IMG/VR virus record: IMGVR_UViG_3300009314_000008
Coordinates: 14,446 to 78,445 of that record
Reading direction: 5' to 3' (one strand)
Length of the DNA: 64,000 nt
Origin: a virus
The notes beneath the pieces are model-generated. The model was not told the origin of the DNA. It worked only from the letters and a program-made list of their open reading frames with translations, and did no database searches. Position numbers and translations under genes: made by a program. This document shows positions 49,375-58,764 of the stretch, one piece after another. Every line of letters starts with the position of its first letter. The first letter of the stretch is position 1.

Positions 49375-50379
49375 TTATTTATTTTTGACGGGGCTATCTT
49401 GTTCTATATTGCCTGTATCAACCACCTCGTCTTTTAATTGATACAGGGTTTTCCTCTCTTGAGGCATTATTTTAAGTCTTTCTATCATTCTCCTTATTTC
49501 GGCTCTTAAACTTTCTGCGCTATCTCCCTTAGATGCATCTTCTTGCAACTGGCTATCGGTATGAGAAAAAATTTCTGTCACACCACGACCTATAGATTGG
49601 TGTTTTTTGGATAACCGTGATTTTATCAATCTGCCAGACTTACCCCGCAGATCTCTAATGTCTTGCATTCTATCAAATTCATTCATTAACCCAAAATATG
49701 AAAGGGCATCCGCCACAGGGTTGAACATTAATTCTATGTGGGGACTATAATAAGGATTCTGCTTATCATATACCAAATATTCATAAATATCCATTATATC
49801 TGCCCCTCTTTTTCTAAGAGAACCACTCGCAACATCCCAGAAATATAAAAGATAAAAGTATAGATTTGTTTCACTCAATTTAAAATCATTCTCCTGTGTA
49901 TGTCGATTCCAATTTTTTACAATATCTGCCCTAAATCTTTCCAGCAATATACTTATTTCAATATATTGTCGCAATTTTTTGCACCTCAAGATATGATAAA
50001 CACTTTTAGCACATCCGTTCACATCTTTTATCTCTCTACTATATGGACTTAGCATGGCTGTGGTTATATCTGCTCCACCCCTTATGTGTTTTACCAATAT
50101 ATTAGGATCAGATATAATAGGTTTGTGTTTAAGAGAATCTATTTCCACGGAATTATCTTCCCGGATTTTCCTATTTTTCTTGACCATGGTTGCTGTTGCT
50201 TTATCATCCATCATTTCATTGATATAATATTCATAATATTTATCATCTATGCTATTAAAACTCTCCTCCACGACCTTCTCTTTTATGCCTTTTATGCCAT
50301 CAGTCGATTTTATGGGAAATCCGGACAATGCCAACAACTTTATAAATCCTAAGTGGGGAATTACTTTTAATAAGTTCAT
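49375..50379 (-). CDS. Hypothetical protein (candidate terminase small subunit)
   Basis: Helical; Y..YFWD motif; upstream of terL. Function guessed from position only. Confidence 0.35.
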   Translation of the reverse strand: MNLLKVIPHLGFIKLLALSGFPIKSTDGIKGIKEKVVEESFNSIDDKYYEYYINEMMDDKATATMVKKNRKIREDNSVEIDSLKHKPIISDPNILVKHIRGGADITTAMLSPYSREIKDVNGCAKSVYHILRCKKLRQYIEISILLERFRADIVKNWNRHTQENDFKLSETNLYFYLLYFWDVASGSLRKRGADIMDIYEYLVYDKQNPYYSPHIELMFNPVADALSYFGLMNEFDRMQDIRDLRGKSGRLIKSRLSKKHQSIGRGVTEIFSHTDSQLQEDASKGDSAESLRAEIRRMIERLKIMPQERKTLYQLKDEVVDTGNIEQDSPVKNK

Positions 50380-50383
50380 TTGA

Positions 50384-52396
50384 TTATTCGCCCTTTATAT
50401 CAGAAATCAACCCTGTTATTGCCTTAAAAGCCTTCGTTAATATTGGTTCAGACAAATGTGTTTTTGACATTCTGGACAATAATAAGACATTCCCTATTTT
50501 ATTTAGCGTTTTACTCAGCAGTTCCAACAGTTCTTCTGAATTTACGATATTTTTTTTATCAGCATATTCTGCGGAAATCAGTCCATTAATGACATTCTCT
50601 ATTTCGGCATCTTTTTCAATTGGCCATTCTCGCCAAAGAATCGATGCTGTTTTGATAAAATCCCCTCTATATTTATCCATAGCAGACAAGTCCACATAGT
50701 GTTTTGGTTCTATGTCTTTAATATTTCCAGCATATTTTGACAAATAAATATCACTAGGATCATAGTCTTCTATTCTGTCAGCGTTTTGCCCAGTAAAGTA
50801 ATTGGCAACCAGGAGTGAAGCCTCTTTTTTCATAGTTTCATCAAAAATCTTCCTACTTCCATTGCGAACCGTCACCCTGTATTCATCCATGTCAACCATC
50901 TCAATAGCTGTTTTGATAGGATAATCTGTTTGGATATTTTTCATAATGTCTGACACTTGAGATTTGATTTTTGAATCCTTGATTCTTTTCCCGGGAAGAA
51001 ATATGGGGCGATAATATTCCGGCAAAAGATATATATCCCTGCCCGGTCTAACAATCGCCCCTAGTCCTTGAGCAATCATTTTTTCAGTGTCCGCTTTAGT
51101 CACTTTATCAATACCGCTATTTAACCATACTGTCGCATGACTACCATCATGATATGATTTTAAATAATAGAGAACTATTTCGCGTCCATCTTTTGCGAGT
51201 CGTGTTTTTGTTACCTCTTCTACTCTATATGGGAGGGTTATTGTCCTGCTGGCTTCAAATATTATATCCTTGCCTTGAACATTTTGTAGATCAACAGGTG
51301 TCATTCCACCGAAATAATAGCCCTGCGACTTGGTTTTTAAATTTTCATAATCGTCTGACCCACCATATACCTCGCCATAAATCCATTCTCGTGGGTCATT
51401 CGTTTCGTGAAGGGCAGAGGTATTTTCAGAAACAGCCAACGCTCTAGATTTTCCTGTCTCCCATATTTTTAATGGGTCGGTTACGACAACACCTCTTTTT
51501 CCAATCCCATTAAATAATATATATTGATAATTCCCCGATTCCGTTATCTTTTTGATTTTGGGCATATCCTTTAACTGTTTATCCAGTATCATTGATACAT
51601 ATTTGGTTGTTCTATTATCAAGGCAATCAGAATCAGAATTAGAATCATATACACACCCCCCTTCAACAAATCCAGCAATTTTATTAAAATCTTCTGCAGA
51701 CATTTCAAACCTTTCTATTTTATATTTACCATCAGAGGCTTGTTTTAACATAATTCCAGAAAAATGATATGGTTTTTCTGGAATTTCTCTCCTCTTTATC
51801 ACTAATATTCTGTCTTCATCATTTTTACCCTTTGCTACCCCCTCCTTAATAAGATTCTCAATATTTTCTGGCAATTTTACACCCCTGCTATCTAACAAAT
51901 TTCTTACCCTTGCAACAGTGGATATTGTGGCTGCTACTTTTATGCCCGTCTGGTCACTAACATCAAATAATCCCCCTTCTGTAAGAAATTCTATCTCATC
52001 AGAAACATCATTAGTCTCTTCAGTTTGCCCCATTTCCTGATTCTTCTCCACTTCAGATAATATAAAAGACTCCGATATGGGAATAACTTTATTCTGGTAT
52101 ATCGCTGCGTCAATATCTTTGAGGATGTTGTTTTCAATTATCACTGGGATAGTCATCGATGTATTACCTTCCATCCATACTATTGATCCAATAGCATCCC
52201 CAGTTGACTCATCTATCTTATTATATTTAACTTCCTTTAATCCTGCCGTCAAAAATGGATATTTATTTGAGATGTATTCTCTTATCTCTTCTCTCCATTG
52301 ATCTGGGCGGTCATTCGTTAAATCCAAAACAGCCGTCTTGACAACTATGTCTTTAAATACATCGTTTGCATTTAGTGGATCTTTAAAAAATTTCAT
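50384..52396 (-). CDS. KxA-rich internal head protein
   Basis: VKTA, KVA, KQA, KTA, KEA, KYA, KTA motifs; start of head module. Confidence 0.55.
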   Translation of the reverse strand: MKFFKDPLNANDVFKDIVVKTAVLDLTNDRPDQWREEIREYISNKYPFLTAGLKEVKYNKIDESTGDAIGSIVWMEGNTSMTIPVIIENNILKDIDAAIYQNKVIPISESFILSEVEKNQEMGQTEETNDVSDEIEFLTEGGLFDVSDQTGIKVAATISTVARVRNLLDSRGVKLPENIENLIKEGVAKGKNDEDRILVIKRREIPEKPYHFSGIMLKQASDGKYKIERFEMSAEDFNKIAGFVEGGCVYDSNSDSDCLDNRTTKYVSMILDKQLKDMPKIKKITESGNYQYILFNGIGKRGVVVTDPLKIWETGKSRALAVSENTSALHETNDPREWIYGEVYGGSDDYENLKTKSQGYYFGGMTPVDLQNVQGKDIIFEASRTITLPYRVEEVTKTRLAKDGREIVLYYLKSYHDGSHATVWLNSGIDKVTKADTEKMIAQGLGAIVRPGRDIYLLPEYYRPIFLPGKRIKDSKIKSQVSDIMKNIQTDYPIKTAIEMVDMDEYRVTVRNGSRKIFDETMKKEASLLVANYFTGQNADRIEDYDPSDIYLSKYAGNIKDIEPKHYVDLSAMDKYRGDFIKTASILWREWPIEKDAEIENVINGLISAEYADKKNIVNSEELLELLSKTLNKIGNVLLLSRMSKTHLSEPILTKAFKAITGLISDIKGE

Positions 52397-52405
52397 TATA
52401 TCTCC

Positions 52406-52684
52406 TTATAATGGTATGTTCTTGCTTTTCTTCATTACATTAAAAATGCTTGTCCCCAACCAAAGCCCAGTCATCCCTTTGCCCAGTAGCCCTACGGTCT
52501 TCTTTCCCAGTGATTTATGTAATTTTGGACCAGAAATATTGGGCGTTTTCATAGTATTCTTTGCAATAGTTGACATGTTCATGGGAGCCACTTCACTTTT
52601 CTTTAAAATCGATGGGCACTTAATATTTTTTCTCTTCTTTTTGTCTAGGTTATCATGGACATACCGTCTTACATATGATATCAT
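52406..52684 (-). CDS. Small basic protein with internal leader and C-terminal hydrophobic helix
   Basis: IKCPSILKKS; VGLLGKGMTGLWLGTSIF. Confidence 0.6.
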   Translation of the reverse strand: MISYVRRYVHDNLDKKKRKNIKCPSILKKSEVAPMNMSTIAKNTMKTPNISGPKLHKSLGKKTVGLLGKGMTGLWLGTSIFNVMKKSKNIPL

Positions 52685-52974
52685 AGTGTCACCATAATTG
52701 AGGTGCCTGCTGTCAAAATAATATCAGATATAATATCCGGCCACTTTTTCTTTAAATAGGATTTTTTATCATAAGAATTATTATATTGGATTATTTCAAT
52801 AAATAGTGCTATAATTATTGGTATGATTATAGCCCACGTCTTATAGAAACTCATATTCAAACCAATTGCCGTACATATCCATCGCATCACCTTGATTACC
52901 GATCCCAATGCAAGACCTAGCAAAATATGTCTTTCAATATTGATGATCTCATATCCAAATATTTTGATGCTCAT
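52681..52974 (-). CDS. Small membrane protein
   Basis: 2-3 TMs, H...E..Q...DI pattern; AGGAGG RBS. Confidence 0.55.
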   Translation of the reverse strand: MSIKIFGYEIINIERHILLGLALGSVIKVMRWICTAIGLNMSFYKTWAIIIPIIIALFIEIIQYNNSYDKKSYLKKKWPDIISDIILTAGTSIMVTL

Positions 52975-53014
52975 TTATCCTCCTATTAAGCGAATGGCTA
53001 AAAAAAAAGAATAT

Positions 53015-53020
53015 TGTCAA
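53015..53020 (-). promoter_or_regulatory. TTGACA box at start of the structural region
   Basis: Between the terminator hairpin and the first head-module gene. Confidence 0.45.
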
Positions 53021-53027
53021 GATATTT

Positions 53028-53066
53028 TTCTGGGACACCTGATATTTATTGTCAGATGTCCCAGAA
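53028..53066. terminator. Long hairpin separating accessory and structural regions
   Basis: TTCTGGGACACCTGA...TCAGATGTCCCAGAA, about 15-bp stem. Confidence 0.65.
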
Positions 53067-53068
53067 TT

Positions 53069-53443
53069 TTATCTATAATTCATCAAATATCTTACTTCCT
53101 CGGGAGTAAAATATTTTTTGTAATATTGTTTTAATTGTGTCAATTTTCCCTCTACAAATTTTCCTGCTTCTGGGTTACTTACACCATGCGCCCCATTATC
53201 ATGGCAATCATCACACAAATAGAGAAGGTTGCCCAGCCATGCTTTTCTTCTTCGCCCAACCATATGATGAATCTGCAGATTATCTCCATGTTTACAGAGC
53301 GGATTCTCACATCGTTGACATGCCCGGCGTATAACTTTATCAGCAAGTTCTGAATTAATAGAGGCTATGCCTGGCTGATAAGCGGCAAGAAGATCTTTCT
53401 TATTTTTCATTTTTCCTTTCCACATATTTATGTCTTTACCCAT
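53069..53443 (-). CDS. HNH endonuclease
   Basis: CENPLC...QIHH...NLLYLCDDCH...H. Confidence 0.8.
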   Translation of the reverse strand: MGKDINMWKGKMKNKKDLLAAYQPGIASINSELADKVIRRACQRCENPLCKHGDNLQIHHMVGRRRKAWLGNLLYLCDDCHDNGAHGVSNPEAGKFVEGKLTQLKQYYKKYFTPEEVRYLMNYR

Positions 53444-53483
53444 ATATCCACATTGGCATCATGCTACTGACCGGGTTTTCTCC

Positions 53484-53867
53484 TCAATTGTCATGGACAT
53501 TATCTTCTTGTGCTTCTTTTGACACCTTAATCATAAATTCCTTCACAAGTACCCCAAGTTTATAGTTCAACAATCTTGACCCCGTATAATTAAATAACAT
53601 CAATATTGATTTTTGATAATCTGGCAATAATTTTAAGAATGTGTTGCCTAATTTATTCAATATATCTTTTTTTGCCAAACATGAGGAATGTTTTAATTCG
53701 CGCTTCCTTCTTTCCTTTTCCTCTGTTGCTTTATTATATTTTTCGGTCATCTGGCAAACAATATCTTTTAATCTGTTTTGCCTTTGCCCGAATATTATGA
53801 GAATGAGCATGTTCGTAAAACATAATATGATCATGATCACCAAAGATATATTAATTATTTCCATCAT
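53484..53867 (-). CDS. Hypothetical protein with N-terminal TM
   Basis: Hydrophobic N-terminus; coupled ORF. Confidence 0.5.
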   Translation of the reverse strand: MMEIINISLVIMIILCFTNMLILIIFGQRQNRLKDIVCQMTEKYNKATEEKERRKRELKHSSCLAKKDILNKLGNTFLKLLPDYQKSILMLFNYTGSRLLNYKLGVLVKEFMIKVSKEAQEDNVHDN

Positions 53868-54174
53868 TGTCCCCTAGTATTTTATATATTTCATTTATTA
53901 ATTTTCTTGCCTCCCTGTATCCAATCTTTAACCCTTTGGCCATGTTAATTTCTGCCAAGAACCCATTTCTCTTTATTGATTGAATACTATCAGAATACTT
54001 GTCAATGGCCTCGTCCGTCTGCTTTTTTAGATACTCCATGAGGCATTTGATTTCATACTTTCCTTTCTTTACTTTGCGCTGCATGATTTTTAGTTTTTTC
54101 CACTGTGATATATTAATGATAACTAGCACAACAATTACCATATACAACACAGGAATGATAATAATATTAGGCAT
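53851..54174 (-). CDS. Hypothetical protein with N-terminal TM
   Basis: Hydrophobic N-terminus; GGAGG RBS. Confidence 0.5.
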   Translation of the reverse strand: MPNIIIIPVLYMVIVVLVIINISQWKKLKIMQRKVKKGKYEIKCLMEYLKKQTDEAIDKYSDSIQSIKRNGFLAEINMAKGLKIGYREARKLINEIYKILGDNDGNN

Positions 54175-54496
54175 CTATTCTCCCTCCTTTTAATTTTATT
54201 TGACTTATGATTGACATACCCACTTTATGGCAATCTTCCTCAATCTCTTTAACTCTTAAATCGTATTGGTACGTACCATTGTCTAATCCAACATGGTCAG
54301 ATATCCGTATATTATGGCAGCGCCCACCATATTCCAAAGCAATGTATCTGCTCATAGTTTTTTTACATGAGTATACGGCTAAATATTTAATGTCGGGGCC
54401 TTTGTTAGACATAATAACAGTCAACAGTTTATCTGTGGCTGATTGTATTGCCTTTCCCCGACGTCCCCGAGGGCCTATTTTCTTTTTCATTGCCAC
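54167..54496 (-). CDS. Hypothetical protein with S.Y...IRISDH motif
   Basis: SRYI...NIRISDH, a motif seen in small phage and polyvalent-protein-associated domains. Confidence 0.5.
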   Translation of the reverse strand: MAMKKKIGPRGRRGKAIQSATDKLLTVIMSNKGPDIKYLAVYSCKKTMSRYIALEYGGRCHNIRISDHVGLDNGTYQYDLRVKEIEEDCHKVGMSIISQIKLKGGRIDA

Positions 54497-54826
54497 CCCC
54501 CTCCTTCTCTATCCAAATTTTTTCTAAAAATTCTACCGCTTTTTTAGACATAATCTTTTCAAATTGTTTCGAACTCAGGAATTCGAATAGTTACTTTTTT
54601 CATTTTATCTCCTTTCTCCCTTAGTTTTTAATTAATTCAGGATTGTTATTTTTTAATTTCCACCCAATGCACTATCCCCTGCCATTTATATTTATCAACC
54701 CATGTTTGGCAAATATTTTTACTTTCTTGCTATTTACCATACCCCGTGCGGTTATTAAGTTTGTTTCCCCATGTAACTCGGTATTTTTTTTCGTTAACTG
54801 TTTGTTCTTTTTTCATAATACTTCTC

Positions 54827-55063
54827 CTAAAGTGATTTACGCATTTCTGGTGTGAATCCACCGAAGTGTTTAAATAGGCGTTCTTCGAATATTTCTGCAT
54901 AAGGCAATGTTTTGTCAAAATAAGGATGTTCACTCGACGCAAATTTCCAAAGATAACACATTTCGTAGTGTCCCATTTGGTTTATTTTATTAATTGTTGT
55001 TTGCTGTTCTGGCGTATAGGTTGATGCCTTATTCTGTGTTTTTACAGTTTGTTGTTTTTTCAT
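54827..55063 (-). CDS. Hypothetical protein
   Basis: GGAGGAG RBS; LWKFA..HPYF..GGFTPE. Confidence 0.55.
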   Translation of the reverse strand: MKKQQTVKTQNKASTYTPEQQTTINKINQMGHYEMCYLWKFASSEHPYFDKTLPYAEIFEERLFKHFGGFTPEMRKSL

Positions 55064-55387
55064 AATACTCCTCCTTTATATCATATATTATGTCAATCAA
55101 CTTTATTATTAAAGGCAGAAAAATAATAAATATTCAACTTGATTATCAATTTAAAATGATTTATTATATTACTCATTTGATCCGATAATTCTGTAAGTTC
55201 CATTCTCAACCTTTTTTATTGTGAGTTTATTTAGACAGTCTTCCTCTTCGAATTTAGATACATCTTTGAGAAACTGACTGTGAATCGGCAGCGACTATAA
55301 GTCGGCTCTTAGTATTTTGTGTGTATTGAAAATTCGTGAAAACACCCAATTCATGAAGTCGCCATAGCAAGCAGATTGAACTTTTGG

Positions 55388-56062
55388 TTATATAGTTTTT
55401 AAAGAATGCTTTGTTATTTTTTTTCCGTTCCATAAAAATGTTTTGACCCCGAATACCCATACATAGTCAAGATATTTTTTTTCGTCATCAACATAAAACA
55501 CATTATCATACTTCTTTTGAATTTCTATTATTTTGTATATCTTCTTTTTTTTTCCCTTTACTGCATTTATTCTGCTCGGCATTGTTATATTTTTTGCCTC
55601 GAACCATTTGGATGTAATTGTCGGGTTCGCACTGCAGATTTCAGTTCTGCACCTCTTGTTGCATAACTCATATATTTCTATAAACCTTTTATCTGTTACA
55701 ACCCCATCAAAATCCAAGACTATTATGTTGTTTAATCCACCCAATAATTGAATGGTTGGAAAAAACTTGTTGTGATTGTGTTTCAAGATTGCATTGCAAT
55801 CTCTTACATAGCCTCTTGATATATGGTGTATTTTCCTTATTCTATTTGTCATGATCTCCATATACCTGTATATATCCATATTGAGATATTCCAGCATATT
55901 TCTAATGTCTACTGATTTTCTAGTAAACAATTCTGTGAAAATATGCTTAAGATGTATTATCTCATTCCTTATCGTAAGCGTTTTGGGAAAGCCATGCTTG
56001 TTTGCTACTTCCGGTATATCTGCCAAATATTTTGTTTCCATTATTGAATACCCAAAACCCAT
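55388..56062 (-). CDS. HAD-superfamily-like phosphatase domain protein
   Basis: LDFDGVV (motif I), CSAN (II), K (III), YVDD (IV). Confidence 0.6.
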   Translation of the reverse strand: MGFGYSIMETKYLADIPEVANKHGFPKTLTIRNEIIHLKHIFTELFTRKSVDIRNMLEYLNMDIYRYMEIMTNRIRKIHHISRGYVRDCNAILKHNHNKFFPTIQLLGGLNNIIVLDFDGVVTDKRFIEIYELCNKRCRTEICSANPTITSKWFEAKNITMPSRINAVKGKKKKIYKIIEIQKKYDNVFYVDDEKKYLDYVWVFGVKTFLWNGKKITKHSLKTI

Positions 56063-56178
56063 CTTTTTCTCCTTTCCGGTTTTATACCGAAAATCGGTCG
56101 ATTTGGGACACGAAAAATGGAGAATTGCCCATTAGCAGTGCAATAAATCTTTAATTCTTTATTATTAATCTTCATTAA

Positions 56179-57063
56179 CTACTCCCTGTATTCTATATCA
56201 TGCCGGAACGCTGTGGCATCAGATATTTCAACTACTGCATCAGAATAACTATGAAAACTGTACCTGTTAACTGTTTTAACTGTAATCATCTTTCCATGTT
56301 TTTTATTACCATAAGTCAAAACTAATCCTGCTTCGTCATAAAAATCCATAGTGAACACCATATTTCTATAATAGATGAAATCCGGAGCACCATAAAATCG
56401 AATGTATGTTTGCATTGTTTCGATATAATAAAAATTCGGATGATGATAGCTGAAATGGTGTATTACTCCTGTATCGTTAGTCGTAACAAACGGAAGAATC
56501 TGATGAGCGACATCTATTGGCTGTAACATTTCTGTCCAATTTTCACCTTCAAAAATATCTCTCATTTTCGTATTAACACTTGCAGGATTCAAGCAGTTTA
56601 CCCTGATATTATATTTTTTTAAATCTTCGGCTAAACATTGAGTTAAATTAATAAGAGCAGCTTTCATTGGTGAATAACAAGAATAATTTTTTCTGCCACA
56701 AATCGATGAAGAAGAACTAATAAATGTTATTGTTCCGCCTTTTTTCTGAAACAACATTTTTGCTAATCTTGCTGTAAGTACCGCCGACCAATAATTTACT
56801 TTATACGAATGCAAAAAATCTTTGTTTTTGAGATCCGTAAAAGGCAATATTATTGATTCACTTGCTTCCGATGTCATTGTTCCAACAAATAAAATTATAC
56901 TTTCAATATAATAGCATTCTATTAACTGATGTATGATTTCTCCGTTCAGCAGATCATGTCCCGATTGTTCTTCAACTATAAATTGCCTTCTTTTTAATAA
57001 AGAAATTGTTTTCCGACCGATGTCGGAATTCTTTCCGATTACTAATACTTTTGTTGTGCCCAT
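56179..57063 (-). CDS. SDR oxidoreductase (resembling the Bcs1/Acs1 ribitol-5-phosphate dehydrogenase domain) fused to an unrelated C-terminal domain
   Basis: VIGKNSDIG, ISSSS, GR..YS.YSPMKAALINLTQ.LA, IRVNCLNP..V.T.MR. Confidence 0.7.
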   Translation of the reverse strand: MGTTKVLVIGKNSDIGRKTISLLKRRQFIVEEQSGHDLLNGEIIHQLIECYYIESIILFVGTMTSEASESIILPFTDLKNKDFLHSYKVNYWSAVLTARLAKMLFQKKGGTITFISSSSSICGRKNYSCYSPMKAALINLTQCLAEDLKKYNIRVNCLNPASVNTKMRDIFEGENWTEMLQPIDVAHQILPFVTTNDTGVIHHFSYHHPNFYYIETMQTYIRFYGAPDFIYYRNMVFTMDFYDEAGLVLTYGNKKHGKMITVKTVNRYSFHSYSDAVVEISDATAFRHDIEYRE

Positions 57064-57172
57064 TTTTTCTCCAATTCATTATGTCTTTCAATTACCCTAA
57101 TATTTTCAAATGTTGCAATTTCAATATTGTTTTTTTCTGAATAAAAATTCGATTGCGAGTTTTTCCAGGATT

Positions 57173-57385
57173 TCAGATACCAAATATTAAGTATTTCATC
57201 CCATTAATACTGATATTAATATCTCCATCGTGCGGAATTAATCCTTTGTTCCTAATAGCCCCCAAAAGGGAACCATAAATCAAAAATATTTTCATATTGT
57301 ATCGAGCAAATAATTTTCTCAGATGGTTTAACCTGTGGAGATAACATTCGCGCTCTTGAATGTTCATTTTATTAAATTTCAGCAT
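57173..57385 (-). pseudogene. licD: Truncated LicD-family phosphotransferase
   Basis: IYGSLLGAIRNKGLIPHDGDINI LicD signature; only 70 aa. Confidence 0.65.
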
Positions 57386-57416
57386 TTCTGTAGGTAATAA
57401 TTTTTTGTACCATTCT

Positions 57417-57719
57417 TCACGTCTTTGGATATTTTTCTATTAAAGATGCTATTAAATCTGCCGTTTCTTCGGAAAAATTATTGCGAAGGTAATCTTCCAT
57501 TGACCCGTGAGCATTTTCTCGATAACCAATCTTGTGTAAAAATTTATCAAATTCAACAATATCGAAAAGCCACATTCCCATCGTAATAAACATTTGATCG
57601 GTGAAGGATGTAAGGATTACACCGTATGGTTTAAATGTCTCGTTAAATTGTTCAAAATCTTTTTGATCGATCTGATCAAGCAAATTTTCACTCGTTATTT
57701 CATTGACTAAATGTAACAT
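57417..57719 (-). CDS. Hypothetical protein, paralog of 60063..60368
   Basis: Co-linear similarity (FTD..F...W.FD..EFDK.LHKIGY....HGSM.DYL). Confidence 0.6.
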   Translation of the reverse strand: MLHLVNEITSENLLDQIDQKDFEQFNETFKPYGVILTSFTDQMFITMGMWLFDIVEFDKFLHKIGYRENAHGSMEDYLRNNFSEETADLIASLIEKYPKT

Positions 57720-57808
57720 TCGATTTCATCCATAGAAATATAAAGATCCTCGCAAGCCTTTGTGAATGCTCGGATTTGATAATTTGTTTGCATATTTCCT
57801 CCCACCGA

Positions 57809-58309
57809 TTATTTTCCATAATCGGATAATACCTTTCTAAATGTTGCTGTATCGATAATAACAATATTGCCTGTTACATATTTGGATAATTCTTCTTCAA
57901 ACCATTTACTTTTCTTATTTAAAACAAAAAATGCTCCCGTTAACGCTATGTTGTCACGTGCTTTTTTACCTTCTACACAAAAAACAATATTATCATCAAT
58001 TTTGATTTGTTTCTTCTGCAGTTCATTGATACAATCGCTACAGATTTTCAATCCGGGATTGTCAATGCTTTCATAATCATGGAGTTCTCTTTCGTATTTC
58101 AATGACGATTTCGCTTTGCATGATGGACAGTTACGTTTTCTTTTCGTACCTATAACTTTACGCCCACATTCTGTGCATTTTAGTAAGCTATTCTGATGAC
58201 CTAATAAAAGCAAGTTGTTATCTGGCTTTCTTTTAAGACAGATTGGACATAGCACTGTCGTTGACCGTGCATTAATACCATGTTTTTTATGAATGATAAG
58301 ACTACTCAC
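57809..58309 (-). CDS. Zn-finger hypothetical protein (GTG start 58309)
   Basis: AAGGAG RBS before GTG; KHGIN..CPIC, CTEC, CPSC, CSDC. Confidence 0.6.
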   Translation of the reverse strand: MSSLIIHKKHGINARSTTVLCPICLKRKPDNNLLLLGHQNSLLKCTECGRKVIGTKRKRNCPSCKAKSSLKYERELHDYESIDNPGLKICSDCINELQKKQIKIDDNIVFCVEGKKARDNIALTGAFFVLNKKSKWFEEELSKYVTGNIVIIDTATFRKVLSDYGK

Positions 58310-58764
58310 TCTTTTCTCCTTTCCGGTTTTGGGTTGCAGGAAACCGGAAACCTTTATTAATCTAAATTCATTATTTTTCAAATCTATTTATGCGTTTCGT
58401 TTTGTCTGTCTCTTAGCAGTAGGGATAAGTCATTTAGCCCCCATTATCAGCAGTTTTATATTTTTGTCCGAAATGGACACTAAATGGTCGTAACTTATAT
58501 ATCTTTGTCGTCTTTTTTCTCCGTATTTTGCAATAAGGCAATATCTATCACAGCGAGTTCATTAATGTATTATTTTTTTATATTATTTGTGGTATCTATG
58601 CCCCGCTTCTATTATAGTGGACATTTTGCAAAGACATTCTCCACATATTCCCCTTTTTTGCCTTGTTTTTCTCTCCTCTATAGAGGGCGAACCCACTTAT
58701 TTATTTTTTCTACATTTATCGCACCCGCCAGACACATATTTTATAATCATCTTATTTATGCACT

